Positions 30,001-38,691 of a stretch of DNA of 64,000 bases are shown piece by piece. Origin of the DNA: Candidatus Lustribacter sp. Its GTDB lineage: Bacteria > Vulcanimicrobiota > Vulcanimicrobiia > Vulcanimicrobiales > Vulcanimicrobiaceae. The translations under genes were made by a program, and so were the position numbers. The notes under the pieces were generated by a model. It saw only the letters and a program-made list of their open reading frames with translations, did not search any database and was not told the DNA's origin. The first letter of the stretch is position 1; every line of letters starts with the position of its first letter. The stretch is taken from the NCBI GenBank assembly GCA_965277805.1, contig OZ255842.1:3456001-3520000 (forward strand), read 5' to 3'.

Positions 30001-30615
30001 CGTCGTGCTGGTGAGGTTGTCGAAAATCGAAATGTTTCCGGTGGCCACGGCGGCGCCGGTTGCGGGCGACGTCGCGTGACACGTCAACGTTACGCTTTGC
30101 GACGGCGCGATCGTCGAGGATGACGCCGAACATGCGATGTTCACCGGCATGTCGACCGTATAGCTGATCGACGTGGAGCTGGCGGCGTTGTTCGCGTCGC
30201 CGGCATACGACGCCGTGATCGTGTGCGCTTCGGAGATCAGCGTCGTGGGCGGATTCGATGCGCTCGGAGCCGGCTGCGTGCCGGCCGACAAACTCGTTGT
30301 CGCGGGCGTCGTGAAGACGCCGCTGGCGACCGCGCCCGACCCGAGCGTCGTCGACGTCGTCGTGTCGGTAATCGTCGTCGTGGCCGTTCCGGTAACGACG
30401 ACGCCGGTCGACGTGACCTTGGTCGTCGCGGTGAACTTGACCGACGTGCCGTAGCCGTCGGGCGATCCCGGAGTGGCGGTGAGCGTCGTGGTGGTGGGGA
30501 CCGCCGCTGCCGAAGCGATTGCCGTCTGCGAGAGGCACGCTAGGGTGAGCGCAAACAAAACCCTGCATAGAGTTTCGCAAAACCGCGTAAGCGATTGCGT
30601 CGAAACCAAGAACAC
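27043..30615 (-). CDS. Secreted Ig-like domain (Big_3) repeat protein with C-terminal membrane hairpin and lipobox
   Basis: Signal peptide; about nine ~90-aa repeats (VTxTATV...PTGxVxFxDG...GxHxITAxYxGD); tail TM-RRNRK-hydrophobic-LAAC-GGGGGG; stop overlaps the GTG start of the autotransporter (GTGA). Confidence 0.9.
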   Translation of the reverse strand: MFLVSTQSLTRFCETLCRVLFALTLACLSQTAIASAAAVPTTTTLTATPGSPDGYGTSVKFTATTKVTSTGVVVTGTATTTITDTTTSTTLGSGAVASGVFTTPATTSLSAGTQPAPSASNPPTTLISEAHTITASYAGDANNAASSTSISYTVDMPVNIACSASSSTIAPSQSVTLTCHATSPATGAAVATGNISIFDNLTSTTLSTGVAVGAGGVMTFTTTGISQAGVHAIAFQYSDGSPYVFATTINVTVGTGTTTTGSANPTTQTFGSSVTLSSTVTSSGGTPSGTVNFTEGTSPNVTVIASGPLSAGSASVATTALGGGTHSITATYVPPMVSQFSASSAASPFTVTINQAATTTTAGTPPPTTTAGSNVSLTASVTSSAGVPGGSVAFADGSSNCSSNVLGNAPLANGTATLVTTQLGAGSHTITACYSSSINFAASHGTMGAFTITPANTATTLAAATTAPGLNSPDLLTATVSISGTTTPVTTGTVTFSDGATTLGTGPVNGAGQATYNWTATPTGSHSITATYAATTSFNGSGSSAQTVVVGNASTTTALTISPATPFLGTNPTYTAVVTASDGSTPTGNVQFTDNSSGIGNPALSGGQASVTVSNLSGTSHTIVATYSGADGGSTATATFTASKATATTNVVAVPNPTTPFTNVTFTATVTSTGASPTGTVAFTKNPGGTPLGTPALSGNSASVSLSTLNTGQYTITAAYSGDTNNTAAQGSVIENVGTSLSSTGLSVAPSSAAPTQNVVLTATVTGSSPPNGGTVKFFDGGTQIGSTQTLASGSAAITTQFSGAGTHNLTATYGGDSNDGASTSAIVGFVVAQFATTTALSATSSSAALGSPVTFTAAISGSVPDVPTGTVTYKDGGTTIGTASLDGHARATLTTTSLAAGSHTITANYGGDSENQSSMSSGVTFNVTNGNVTDFAIGSTIANQQTLGAGQSMTIPVTLTGASSFNGTVTVTCSGLPTGAVCTSSPVTVSGTTPVSVNVTLTTTGSNSGSVTPMARAIRHAALPIAGGIFTLFAFLWRRNRKVAMGAAILSVAVLAACGGGGGGSTLPGVGSGNGFGSSGPSLPTPTPATGGNGGTPGPGQGTPNLQNGTGDIVAGTGQVGAVSTNQLPAGVVTPSAIAPGTVIAGTLVPGTSSGPSGNTQQGTYNISLVATGPSGVAHTLPINIVVTP

Positions 30616-30732
30616 CCTCTCGAATTAACGCACGAAAATGGGCGCCGCATTGAACCGAATGTCGTGGGTATCGTGCTGCGCCCGCTATCGTGTTAGGTTG
30701 CCTTCGGACCAAAGCCTTTGAGCTTTGTAAGC

Positions 30733-30758
30733 GTAGTGTAAGAGGTTTGTTACACTAC
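30733..30758. promoter_or_regulatory. 9-bp inverted repeat, putative transcription-factor site upstream of the adhesin operon
   Basis: GTAGTGTAA-N8-TTACACTAC, ~120 bp upstream of the Big_3 start. Confidence 0.55.
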
Positions 30759-30939
30759 CGATCCTGTATTTTGGCTGGCAAGTAACCGTGAGGGAACCTT
30801 GTACTCTCAGGGAAAAAATCAATGACGGATATCACCTTTTTCGCGAACGACGCAGCGCGCGGTCTCGATATACGCGCGTAAAAAGGGTTCATCCAGATAC
30901 GTCCTGTCGTAGGGATACTCTTCAGCGAACGCGCTGCGG

Positions 30940-32121
30940 CTATTTTTTAATCGGCACGCCGCCGGGCTTGCTCACGCTGAACCAATCGCTCTTGACCGGG
31001 TCCCAGCGGACCATGATGACGCCGCTTTCGCCGAGGCCGCGCTGCGGATAGGTCTTGAAATCGTAGCGGCCGTTCACGCCGGTGAAGTTTTGCAAATTCG
31101 CCAGGTAATCGTGCACTTGCGCGGCGGTCGCATTCGTGCCGAGTGTGCGCAGCGCTTGGATCACCTGAAGGCCCGGATCCCACGGCGTGCTCTGGGTGAC
31201 GTCGGGCTTGACGCCGATCACCGCCATTGCATCGAAGAACGCCTTTTGCGCGTTCTTCGTCGGACCGTCGGTTACGCCGTCGACCGCGGCGATTTCCGGG
31301 TTCGGGAAATACAGCTCCTTCGGTAGGAACGCCGCGTACTGTTTCATCTGCACGTGGGTCGAGTTCGCGTTCGAGGTGACGACCGGGATGTTGAGCGCGA
31401 CGTCTTGGATGCCGCGGAGAACCGTTGCGGCCGGCGTTCCCGCAGCCCATGCGATCAAGGCTTGCGGTTGCGCGGCCTTGATCCGCGCCAGTTGCGCGGT
31501 CACGCTCAGGTCGGCCGGGTTGAAGTGCTCGCGTGCGACGAGCGCGCCGCCGGTCGCGGCGAACGCCGCATCGATCGCGCGATCGGCTTCCTGACCGCTC
31601 GCATCGGTCGTCGTGATCGCGGCGATGCGCGAGAGACCGAGCGCCCGCAGATATTTGATCGAAACGGCGACGGTGTCGGTGATGCCGGTGCTGGCCGAGA
31701 ACACGTAGCTGCCCGGCGGCGGACGCAGCGCGGGCGAGAGGCAGTAGTCGACCGGTCCGTCTTTCGCGACGATCGGCAAGATGGCGCCGCACGTCGAACC
31801 GAACGACCCGCCGAAAATTACCGCCGGCTTCTTCGCGATCGCGTCGTTGGCGAGCTGTACCGCCGTCTGCGGGTTGGTCTGATCGTCTTCAAAGACGAAT
31901 TTCACCGGCTGGCCGTTGATGCCGCCGTTCTTGTTCACGTAAAGCTCGAGCGCTTGCAGTCCCTGTTGCGTCGTCGTGCCCACGAAGGCGCCGACCCCGG
32001 TAAGCGAGACGATGGCCGTCAATTCATACGGGTCCGCAGCGCTGCTCTGCCGCGGGCCCAGGACCGTGGCGCACAGGACGGCGGCCAACACAACGCGAGA
32101 AAAGGCGCGAAAGCGAAGCAT
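30940..32121 (-). CDS. ABC substrate-binding protein (LivJ/branched-chain type, Peripla_BP_6)
   Basis: SLTGVGAFVG, NKNGGINGQP, DDQTNPQTAVQ motifs; start ATG 32121 with GGAGGG RBS. Confidence 0.88.
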   Translation of the reverse strand: MLRFRAFSRVVLAAVLCATVLGPRQSSAADPYELTAIVSLTGVGAFVGTTTQQGLQALELYVNKNGGINGQPVKFVFEDDQTNPQTAVQLANDAIAKKPAVIFGGSFGSTCGAILPIVAKDGPVDYCLSPALRPPPGSYVFSASTGITDTVAVSIKYLRALGLSRIAAITTTDASGQEADRAIDAAFAATGGALVAREHFNPADLSVTAQLARIKAAQPQALIAWAAGTPAATVLRGIQDVALNIPVVTSNANSTHVQMKQYAAFLPKELYFPNPEIAAVDGVTDGPTKNAQKAFFDAMAVIGVKPDVTQSTPWDPGLQVIQALRTLGTNATAAQVHDYLANLQNFTGVNGRYDFKTYPQRGLGESGVIMVRWDPVKSDWFSVSKPGGVPIKK

Positions 32122-32215
32122 GCATTTCCCTCCGGCAAACTGCGGGTAGCTTCCGGAGGAGGGAATTTTCACCCGCCGGAACGTTTCAGGCTCGGAGTCT
32201 TTAGGAGGCAGCACC

Positions 32216-33442
32216 ATGGCCATGACCGCGGAAGAAAACGAGCGCCTGACGCAAGTCGGCCCCGGAACGCCGGGCGGCGAACTCTTGCGGCGCTACTGGC
32301 AGCCGGTCGCGGCCGCGCTCGAACTTGCCGAGAATCCGGTGAAGCTGGTGCGGTTGCTGGGCGAAGATCTCGTCCTCTACCGGACCCGCTCGGGCGAGTT
32401 CGGGCTGATCGACACGACGTGCCCGCATCGCTGCGCCTCATTAGAGTACGGCGTCCCCGAGCCGCACGGACTCCGCTGCGGATACCACGGCTGGCTCTTC
32501 GACTTGGGCGGCAAGTGCGTCGAAGCGCCGTTCGAAGACCGGATGCATCCCGAGGCCCGGTTCAGAGACAAGGTCTCGATCAAGGCGTATCCGGTCGAAG
32601 AACTCGGCGGCCTGCTCTTCGCCTACCTCGGGCCGCAGCCGGCACCGCTGTTGCCGCGCTGGGATTTGCTCGTGCGCGACGACATCGACCGGGCAATCGA
32701 AGTTCACCCACTGCCGTGCAACTGGCTGCAGTGCATGGACAACTCCGCCGATCCGGTGCACTTCGAGTTCTTGCACGCCTACTGGGGAAACTACGAGCTC
32801 GAGCGCATGGGCTTGCCGCCCTCGATGAAGCAGGCGAAGCACCTCAAGATCGAGTTCGACGTGTTCCGCTACGGGATGATGAAGCGGCGCCTGGCCGAGG
32901 GCGAGAGCGAAGATTCGACCGAGTGGCGGATCGGGCACCCGTTGCTCTTTCCGAACATCCTGGCCGTCGGCGACAAAGCGCACGCGCATCTGCAGTTCCG
33001 CGTCCCGATCGACGACGTCAATTCGCGTAACTACACGTACTGGACCTCGCCGCGCGAGCCCGGGGCCCAACCCGCGCCCACCGTCTTCAAGCTGACCGAG
33101 ATGTTCGATCAGAACCGGCGCCTGATCGGAAAACTGGATTGTGTGGGCAATCAGGATATGGTCGCCTGGGTCGGCCAAGGACCGGTCTCCGACCGCACGC
33201 GCGAACATCTGGGCGCGAGCGATCGCGGCGTGATTCTCTACCACAAGATGCTCTTCGAAAACATGGACCGCGTCGAACGCGGCGAGGAGCCGATCGCCGT
33301 CATCCGCGATCGGGCTGAGAACGAGCCGATGATCAACATCGAGCGCGGCCGCGAGCTCAGCTCGCACGAAGCGTTCGAGTACGACCGCGACTTCGGACAC
33401 AACTACAAACAGACCGTAGCCGGCGCGACCGCGGCGCGGTGA
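32216..33442 (+). CDS. Rieske non-heme iron oxygenase alpha subunit (phthalate 4,5-dioxygenase/LigXa-like)
   Basis: ENERLTQVGPGTPGGELLRRYW; Rieske CPH...CGYHGW; mononuclear Fe motif DNSADPVHFEFLH; AGGAGG RBS. Confidence 0.92.
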   Translation: MAMTAEENERLTQVGPGTPGGELLRRYWQPVAAALELAENPVKLVRLLGEDLVLYRTRSGEFGLIDTTCPHRCASLEYGVPEPHGLRCGYHGWLFDLGGKCVEAPFEDRMHPEARFRDKVSIKAYPVEELGGLLFAYLGPQPAPLLPRWDLLVRDDIDRAIEVHPLPCNWLQCMDNSADPVHFEFLHAYWGNYELERMGLPPSMKQAKHLKIEFDVFRYGMMKRRLAEGESEDSTEWRIGHPLLFPNILAVGDKAHAHLQFRVPIDDVNSRNYTYWTSPREPGAQPAPTVFKLTEMFDQNRRLIGKLDCVGNQDMVAWVGQGPVSDRTREHLGASDRGVILYHKMLFENMDRVERGEEPIAVIRDRAENEPMINIERGRELSSHEAFEYDRDFGHNYKQTVAGATAAR

Positions 33443-34629
33443 AGCTGCGCCTGGGCTTTGCCGGTCTCGGCGTCGGGACCGGCATGTTCTTGCGCAGCAT
33501 CGACCAGGAACCCAACGTCGAGATCGTCGCGGCCGCGGAAGTGCGGCCGCAAGCGCTCGAAACGTTCGCGCAACGTTACGGCGGCCGCACGTACGACAGC
33601 GTCGAGGCGTTGTGCGCTGATCCGGACGTCGACGTCGTTTGGATTGCGACACCGAACCACATGCACCGCGAACATACCCTGCTCGCGGCGGCGCATCGCA
33701 AGCACATCATCTGCACGAAACCGATGGCGCTGACCGTCGAAGAGTGCGCGGCGATGTGCGAGGCCGCCGAGCGCAACGGCGTTGCGCTCTTGTGCGGACA
33801 AACCTATAGCATGGCCTCGGACATTCAGGCGATGGCGCAGGTCGTCGCGTCCGGCCGGCTCGGCCGCGTCATCGCGATCACGATGGCGATGTCCGCCGAC
33901 TGGCTCTTGAAACCGCGCGTGCCCGAAGAGCTCGACGAATCGCTCGGCGGCGGTGTGCTCTATCGCCACGGCCCGCATCTCGTCGATACCGCGCGCGTAC
34001 TTGCCGGCAAGCGGCTGCGCAGCGTTCGCGGTTCGGTCGGCCGCTGGATGCCCGAACGCCCGTGCGCCGGTAACTTCTCGGCGTTTCTGTCGTTCGAGGA
34101 CGGGACGCCGGCGACCATCTCTTACAACGGTTACGGCTACTTCGATACCTCGGAGTTGACGTGGGGGATCGGGAACCGCCAATACTCCGACGCCGAGCGC
34201 GTCACCGTGCGGCGCGAGTTGCGCGGCGGCACCTCCGATGGCGCGGGCGGCAAAGAAGCGATGCGCTTCGGCGCGGCCGGGGAAGCGCCGCTGCTCGACG
34301 ATCCGAACGACGTGAACAAAATCTCACCGTGGTTCGGTTTGACCGTCGTCAGCTGCGAGCGTGGCGACATCCGCCAATCACCGCACGGCATCTTCATCTA
34401 CGACGACGACGGGCGGCACGAAGTCCCGGTAAAGCTCGACCCGATCGGTCTCCCCGACGTCAAAGAGCTCTACGACCATTTGACGCATGGCAAACCGCTG
34501 ACGCACGACGGCCGCTATGCGCTCGCGACGCTCGAGGCCTGCACCGCGATCTTGCGGTCATCCGACGAAGGACGCGAAATCGTTCTCGAGCACCAGGGTG
34601 CTTATTCGGCGGGTCGACCGCCGGGATAA
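33439..34629 (+). CDS. Gfo/Idh/MocA oxidoreductase (dihydrodiol dehydrogenase-like)
   Basis: GFAGLG NAD fold, VDVVWIATPNHMH, KPMA, GGGVLYRHGPHLVD; GTGA overlap with the Rieske gene. Confidence 0.88.
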   Translation: MKLRLGFAGLGVGTGMFLRSIDQEPNVEIVAAAEVRPQALETFAQRYGGRTYDSVEALCADPDVDVVWIATPNHMHREHTLLAAAHRKHIICTKPMALTVEECAAMCEAAERNGVALLCGQTYSMASDIQAMAQVVASGRLGRVIAITMAMSADWLLKPRVPEELDESLGGGVLYRHGPHLVDTARVLAGKRLRSVRGSVGRWMPERPCAGNFSAFLSFEDGTPATISYNGYGYFDTSELTWGIGNRQYSDAERVTVRRELRGGTSDGAGGKEAMRFGAAGEAPLLDDPNDVNKISPWFGLTVVSCERGDIRQSPHGIFIYDDDGRHEVPVKLDPIGLPDVKELYDHLTHGKPLTHDGRYALATLEACTAILRSSDEGREIVLEHQGAYSAGRPPG

Positions 34630-35783
34630 CTGACCGGCCGGAACTGGCCGTGCGCCGCGTCCCAGCGCGAAACGATGTCGCTCTGCAGCGCGCCGCTCTG
34701 CTGCCCGAAGCGGAAATCGTAGATCACGTTTGCGCCCGGAAAGTTGTAGAGGTGTGCGATGTAGTAGCGGACTTCTTGCGCGGTCGGATTCTCCGGCACG
34801 TGCCGCAGCGCGTCGATGAGCACCAACGTGATGTCCCACGTCGCCGCATAGCCGCCGTTCGTCGGCAATCCCGCGGCGCTCAAATACTTCCGCAAGATCT
34901 CTTGCTGCTTGAGGACGGCGGCCGGCTCGTGCGCACCGACGACCCACGACGCGCCGCCGATGAAATTGATGTCGCGCGGCAAGACATCCGCGCTCTGCTG
35001 CATTTGGTCGGCCGTCTCGTTGACGCTGTTCGATACCACCGGGACGTTGATGCCGGCGTCGTGCAGCGCTCGGAGCGTTAGCCCGAACGGCGCCCCAACG
35101 CTCCAGGTCACGATCGCATCGGGATTGGAGGCCTTGATCTGCGATGCCTGAGCCGTCAGCGTGATGTCGGAGGGCGAAAACCGGATGTGCGCGACCTGAT
35201 GCAGCGAGGCGAACTCTTTCAGGCCGAATGCCTGCTCGAAGCCGCCGTCGGCAGCCTGACTGCTGGCGTCGGTTGCGTCGAGCACCGCGATGCGTTTGAG
35301 CCCGCGGCCTTTCAGAAAACGCAGCCCGGTGATCGCAATATCGAGTGCCGAGCCCTGCTGCATGAACATGTAGCCGCCACGCGGCGAGTTCACGAACGGC
35401 GAGTCGCAGTACGCCACGGGTCCGCTTTTGGAGATGAGCGGAATGACGGCTTCGCACGATGCGGTGAGCTCGGGCCCGATGAACGCTGGGATCTTTTGCG
35501 CCATCAGCCCGTTGACGAGTTGCACGGCGACCTGCGGGCTCGACTGATCGTCGAGTACCGTCACCTTGAGCGGGCGCCCGTGAATTCCGCCGGTGGCGTT
35601 GATGTACGACTCCATCGCGACCATCGATTTTGCCGCCGCCTGGCCGACGAAGGCGCCGGCGCCGGTCTCCGAGAGCACGGCCGTCAACGCGTACGGCGTT
35701 GGTTGCTGCGCACCGACGGGCAGGCCGAAGGCTAGGACGCACGCCGCCAGCAGTGCCGGTGCGGCGTTTCTCGCGCGCTTCAA
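34602..35783 (-). CDS. ABC substrate-binding protein (LivJ type)
   Basis: Signal peptide, SETGAGAFVG, NATGGIHGRPL, DDQSSPQVAVQ; TTG start overlaps the upstream LLM stop. Confidence 0.87.
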   Translation of the reverse strand: MKRARNAAPALLAACVLAFGLPVGAQQPTPYALTAVLSETGAGAFVGQAAAKSMVAMESYINATGGIHGRPLKVTVLDDQSSPQVAVQLVNGLMAQKIPAFIGPELTASCEAVIPLISKSGPVAYCDSPFVNSPRGGYMFMQQGSALDIAITGLRFLKGRGLKRIAVLDATDASSQAADGGFEQAFGLKEFASLHQVAHIRFSPSDITLTAQASQIKASNPDAIVTWSVGAPFGLTLRALHDAGINVPVVSNSVNETADQMQQSADVLPRDINFIGGASWVVGAHEPAAVLKQQEILRKYLSAAGLPTNGGYAATWDITLVLIDALRHVPENPTAQEVRYYIAHLYNFPGANVIYDFRFGQQSGALQSDIVSRWDAAHGQFRPVSYPGGRPAE

Positions 35784-36826
35784 TGGCTCGCCGTCGCGGG
35801 CGTATAGTCCACGAGATCCGGAAAGACGCTGCTCGCGAGCAAGTCCAACGTACGTTTCGACTGCTCGAACGTGAGATCGCCGAATGCGATCCGGCAGTTG
35901 AGATAATTGATACCCGACTCCTCGATGTACTTGATCAAGCCGTCGCGCACGGTCGCCGGGCTGCCGGCAAAGACGATTCCCAGCCGTACGGCTTCATCGA
36001 AGTCCTCGACCGCCGCGCGATTCTTCGGCACGTTGAACTGACGAGGCAGCAGCGTGTTGTGATAAATCCAACGCCCGTGCGCCGGCCGCGCAAGCGCGCG
36101 CGCTTCTTCATCTGTATCGGCCACGACGATGTGCTTCGACGTTCCGAAGAACGGCATGTCCGCCGGGTCCTTTTTGGCCACCGCCCACTCTTGCACGAAG
36201 CGATCGTGCAGCACGCGGGCCGCTGCGGCCGTATGGTTGGTGAGCAAGTTGACGTTGTGTTCCGTTGCCCACACGGCCGTATCCGGTGAACCGATCCCAT
36301 ACCAGAGCGGCGGCCGCGGCTTCTGATACGGTTCGAGCACGACCGGAAGGTTCGTATACCGGTAGTGACGGCCTTGGAACGTCATCGTCGCGCCGCTCTC
36401 GGCGGCGGCAAAGCACCGCATGATGACCTCGAGCGCCTCCGCATACATCTCGTTGGCGTCCTCGAGCGGCACGCCCATGAAGCCGAGTTCGATCGGCGAG
36501 ATACCGCGGCCGATACCGAGCTGCATGCGCCCATGGCTCATCTGATCGAGCATGCAGATCTCGTCGTAGAGCCGGTACGGGTTGTACATCGCGAGCGTAA
36601 AGACGGAGGTACCGATGTTGACCGTCTTCGTCCGCTGCGCGAGCGCCGCCAGAAAGAGGGACGGCGACGGCGCCATCCCGAGCGGGGTGGCGTGGTGCTC
36701 GTTGATGTGAACGCAATAGATCCAGCCCGACTTATCGCACTCTTCGTACAGGCGCAAGCGGTCATCGTATTGCTGTGACAACGGTACCGCAGCGCGGTCC
36801 ATATGGTCCGTGACGCCGAATTTCAT
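35780..36826 (-). CDS. Luciferase-like (LLM class) flavin-dependent monooxygenase
   Basis: MKFGVTDHMD, EHHATPLGMAPSP, CMLDQMSHGRMQLGIGRG, PYQKPRPPLW; start moved to ATG 36826. Confidence 0.9.
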   Translation of the reverse strand: MKFGVTDHMDRAAVPLSQQYDDRLRLYEECDKSGWIYCVHINEHHATPLGMAPSPSLFLAALAQRTKTVNIGTSVFTLAMYNPYRLYDEICMLDQMSHGRMQLGIGRGISPIELGFMGVPLEDANEMYAEALEVIMRCFAAAESGATMTFQGRHYRYTNLPVVLEPYQKPRPPLWYGIGSPDTAVWATEHNVNLLTNHTAAAARVLHDRFVQEWAVAKKDPADMPFFGTSKHIVVADTDEEARALARPAHGRWIYHNTLLPRQFNVPKNRAAVEDFDEAVRLGIVFAGSPATVRDGLIKYIEESGINYLNCRIAFGDLTFEQSKRTLDLLASSVFPDLVDYTPATASH

Positions 36827-37028
36827 CGTGAGACGATCGTTCCAGCCGAGGTGTTTTATGCCCCGCTCCTGGGACGAGCAGACCAGCTCACCTCGCGGCC
36901 AGCTTCGTGAAACCCACAGCGTTCGAGGACCCGGCGCGATGCGGCATTGTCTCCTGCGACCCATGCCCAGAGAGGCCGGTCTTCATCCCGCCGCCCACGC
37001 AAGATAACGGTTTCACGTGGAAGGCTGC

Positions 37029-37418
37029 TCACTTTTTCCGGATCATTTCTTCAGCTTCGGCCAATAGCGCAGCAACGTCGACGTCCACATTGTGCACGAA
37101 GCCGCGGATGTTCGGCTCGCGCTTTTCTCGCCCGTTCACGACGCGAACGCGAATCGCGTTGCCCCAAATGGTGTAGCGCGTCGCGGCTGGTGCATTACGG
37201 CCGTGAAGCCAGGCGCGCACGCGGTCCGTTAGCTCCGCGGCCGTTTTGCCCGGCACGCGAATCGGCGCGGTTACGGTAAAAAGCAGCGTCATACCATCCG
37301 GGACGTCATCGCGCAACGCATTCTGCATAGCGGCAATGAGCCCAAGCGCAACCTTGTCAAAGCGCAGTCCTCGCTTCGAACTCAACTGCGTTTTAGCTGC
37401 CTGTCCGGTTTCTGGCAT
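37029..37418 (-). CDS. Hypothetical protein (129 aa)
   Basis: Plausible globular composition (LRFDKVAL...TVTAPIRVPGKT); fills the gap between co-oriented genes. Confidence 0.6.
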   Translation of the reverse strand: MPETGQAAKTQLSSKRGLRFDKVALGLIAAMQNALRDDVPDGMTLLFTVTAPIRVPGKTAAELTDRVRAWLHGRNAPAATRYTIWGNAIRVRVVNGREKREPNIRGFVHNVDVDVAALLAEAEEMIRKK

Positions 37419-37463
37419 CTATCAGCCGTTCCGGGTTGGGACACGTACCGCTTTGCAGGCGAG

Positions 37464-38666
37464 CTAGCGGTTTGCGGTCGGACCCGCCTTCCCGCCGATT
37501 TCGCTTACGGTCGACCACGCGTTCTTCGCAGGATTCCAACGGACGAGGACCACGGACGACAAGCCGACACCGCGTTGGCTGCCGTCGCGGAAATCGAATA
37601 TCCCAACGGTCCCGGCGTAACCATGAAAGGTTTCGAGGTAATCGCGTAAGTCTTTCGCCGTCGCGGTGGTGCCGAGCTTGCGCAGCGCCTCCACGAGAAT
37701 CAATGCCGGGTCCCATGAAAGGCTGTGAGGGGCGTCCGGTTCGATGCCCTTTGCGCGCAACTTCTCGTAAAAGACGCGCTGCGCATCGCGCACGGGCCCT
37801 TTGTTTGAAACATCGTACGTCACAAATCGCGGCGCGGTGAGGTAGAAGTGCTCCGGTACGTATGACGCATATTGGGCGAGCTGCGCGTGCACGAGGTTAC
37901 CAAAATTCGTCATGACGGGGACCTTCTCGAGTCCCGCATCCTTGAGCGCGTGCAGAGCCGTTCCGAGCGGCGTCCCAACGCACGTGATGATGATCGCGTC
38001 GGGATCGGTGCTTTTCAGTCGAGCGGCTTGCGCTGAAAGCGACACGTCGCCGATTCCGAAGTGCTCGCGGCCCACGATGTGAACCGCTCCGTACGTGGCC
38101 ATGCCCGACACGATGTCGATCTGCTGATCCTGATCTTGACCGGCCGCATCCGTAGACGAGAGCACCGCGATCCGCTTCCATCCCAAGGACTGAGCGAAAT
38201 TGAACCAGGCCCGCGTTTGGTCGAGCGTGGACACCGAGGTTGAGAAGGCATAGCTGCCGGCCGGCGGATGAATTGCCGGCGCGAGGCAATACATCAGCGG
38301 TCCGTTGCGAACGAGCGGCAGAATCGACAGGCACGAGGCGATGTAGCTCGGCCCGATGATGATGGGCACGTTCTTCGCGATGATGCCGTTCGCGAGTTGT
38401 ACGGCGGTCGCGGGCTGCGACTGATCGTCGGCAATGACGAATCGAATCGGCTGTCCATGGATGCCGCCCGACTTGTTGACGACGTCCTGAACCGTGAGCA
38501 GCGATGCCTGTTCACCGGCGCCGAGGAGTGCTAACGGCCCCGTAAGCGAGAGGATTGCATTGATCTCGTACGGTTCCGCAGCGTTCGCCCGCGGAGCGGT
38601 CGTGACGAGCAGCGCCGCCATTGCCATGACGGCGAGGCACTTTGCAACCGAATTAGACTTCTGCAC
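37464..38666 (-). CDS. ABC substrate-binding protein (LivJ type)
   Basis: SLTGPLALLG, NKSGGIHGQP, DDQSQPATAVQ; paralogous to 30940 and 34602; GTG 38666 with GGAGG RBS. Confidence 0.87.
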   Translation of the reverse strand: MQKSNSVAKCLAVMAMAALLVTTAPRANAAEPYEINAILSLTGPLALLGAGEQASLLTVQDVVNKSGGIHGQPIRFVIADDQSQPATAVQLANGIIAKNVPIIIGPSYIASCLSILPLVRNGPLMYCLAPAIHPPAGSYAFSTSVSTLDQTRAWFNFAQSLGWKRIAVLSSTDAAGQDQDQQIDIVSGMATYGAVHIVGREHFGIGDVSLSAQAARLKSTDPDAIIITCVGTPLGTALHALKDAGLEKVPVMTNFGNLVHAQLAQYASYVPEHFYLTAPRFVTYDVSNKGPVRDAQRVFYEKLRAKGIEPDAPHSLSWDPALILVEALRKLGTTATAKDLRDYLETFHGYAGTVGIFDFRDGSQRGVGLSSVVLVRWNPAKNAWSTVSEIGGKAGPTANR

Positions 38667-38691
38667 GGACTGCCTCCAGGGTGGCCGGCGC

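Noticed and set aside
30835-30887. Possible terminator hairpin (CCTTTTTCGCG...CGCGTAAAAAGG) after the SBP gene
   Set aside because: Imperfect stem with a very long loop; not convincing
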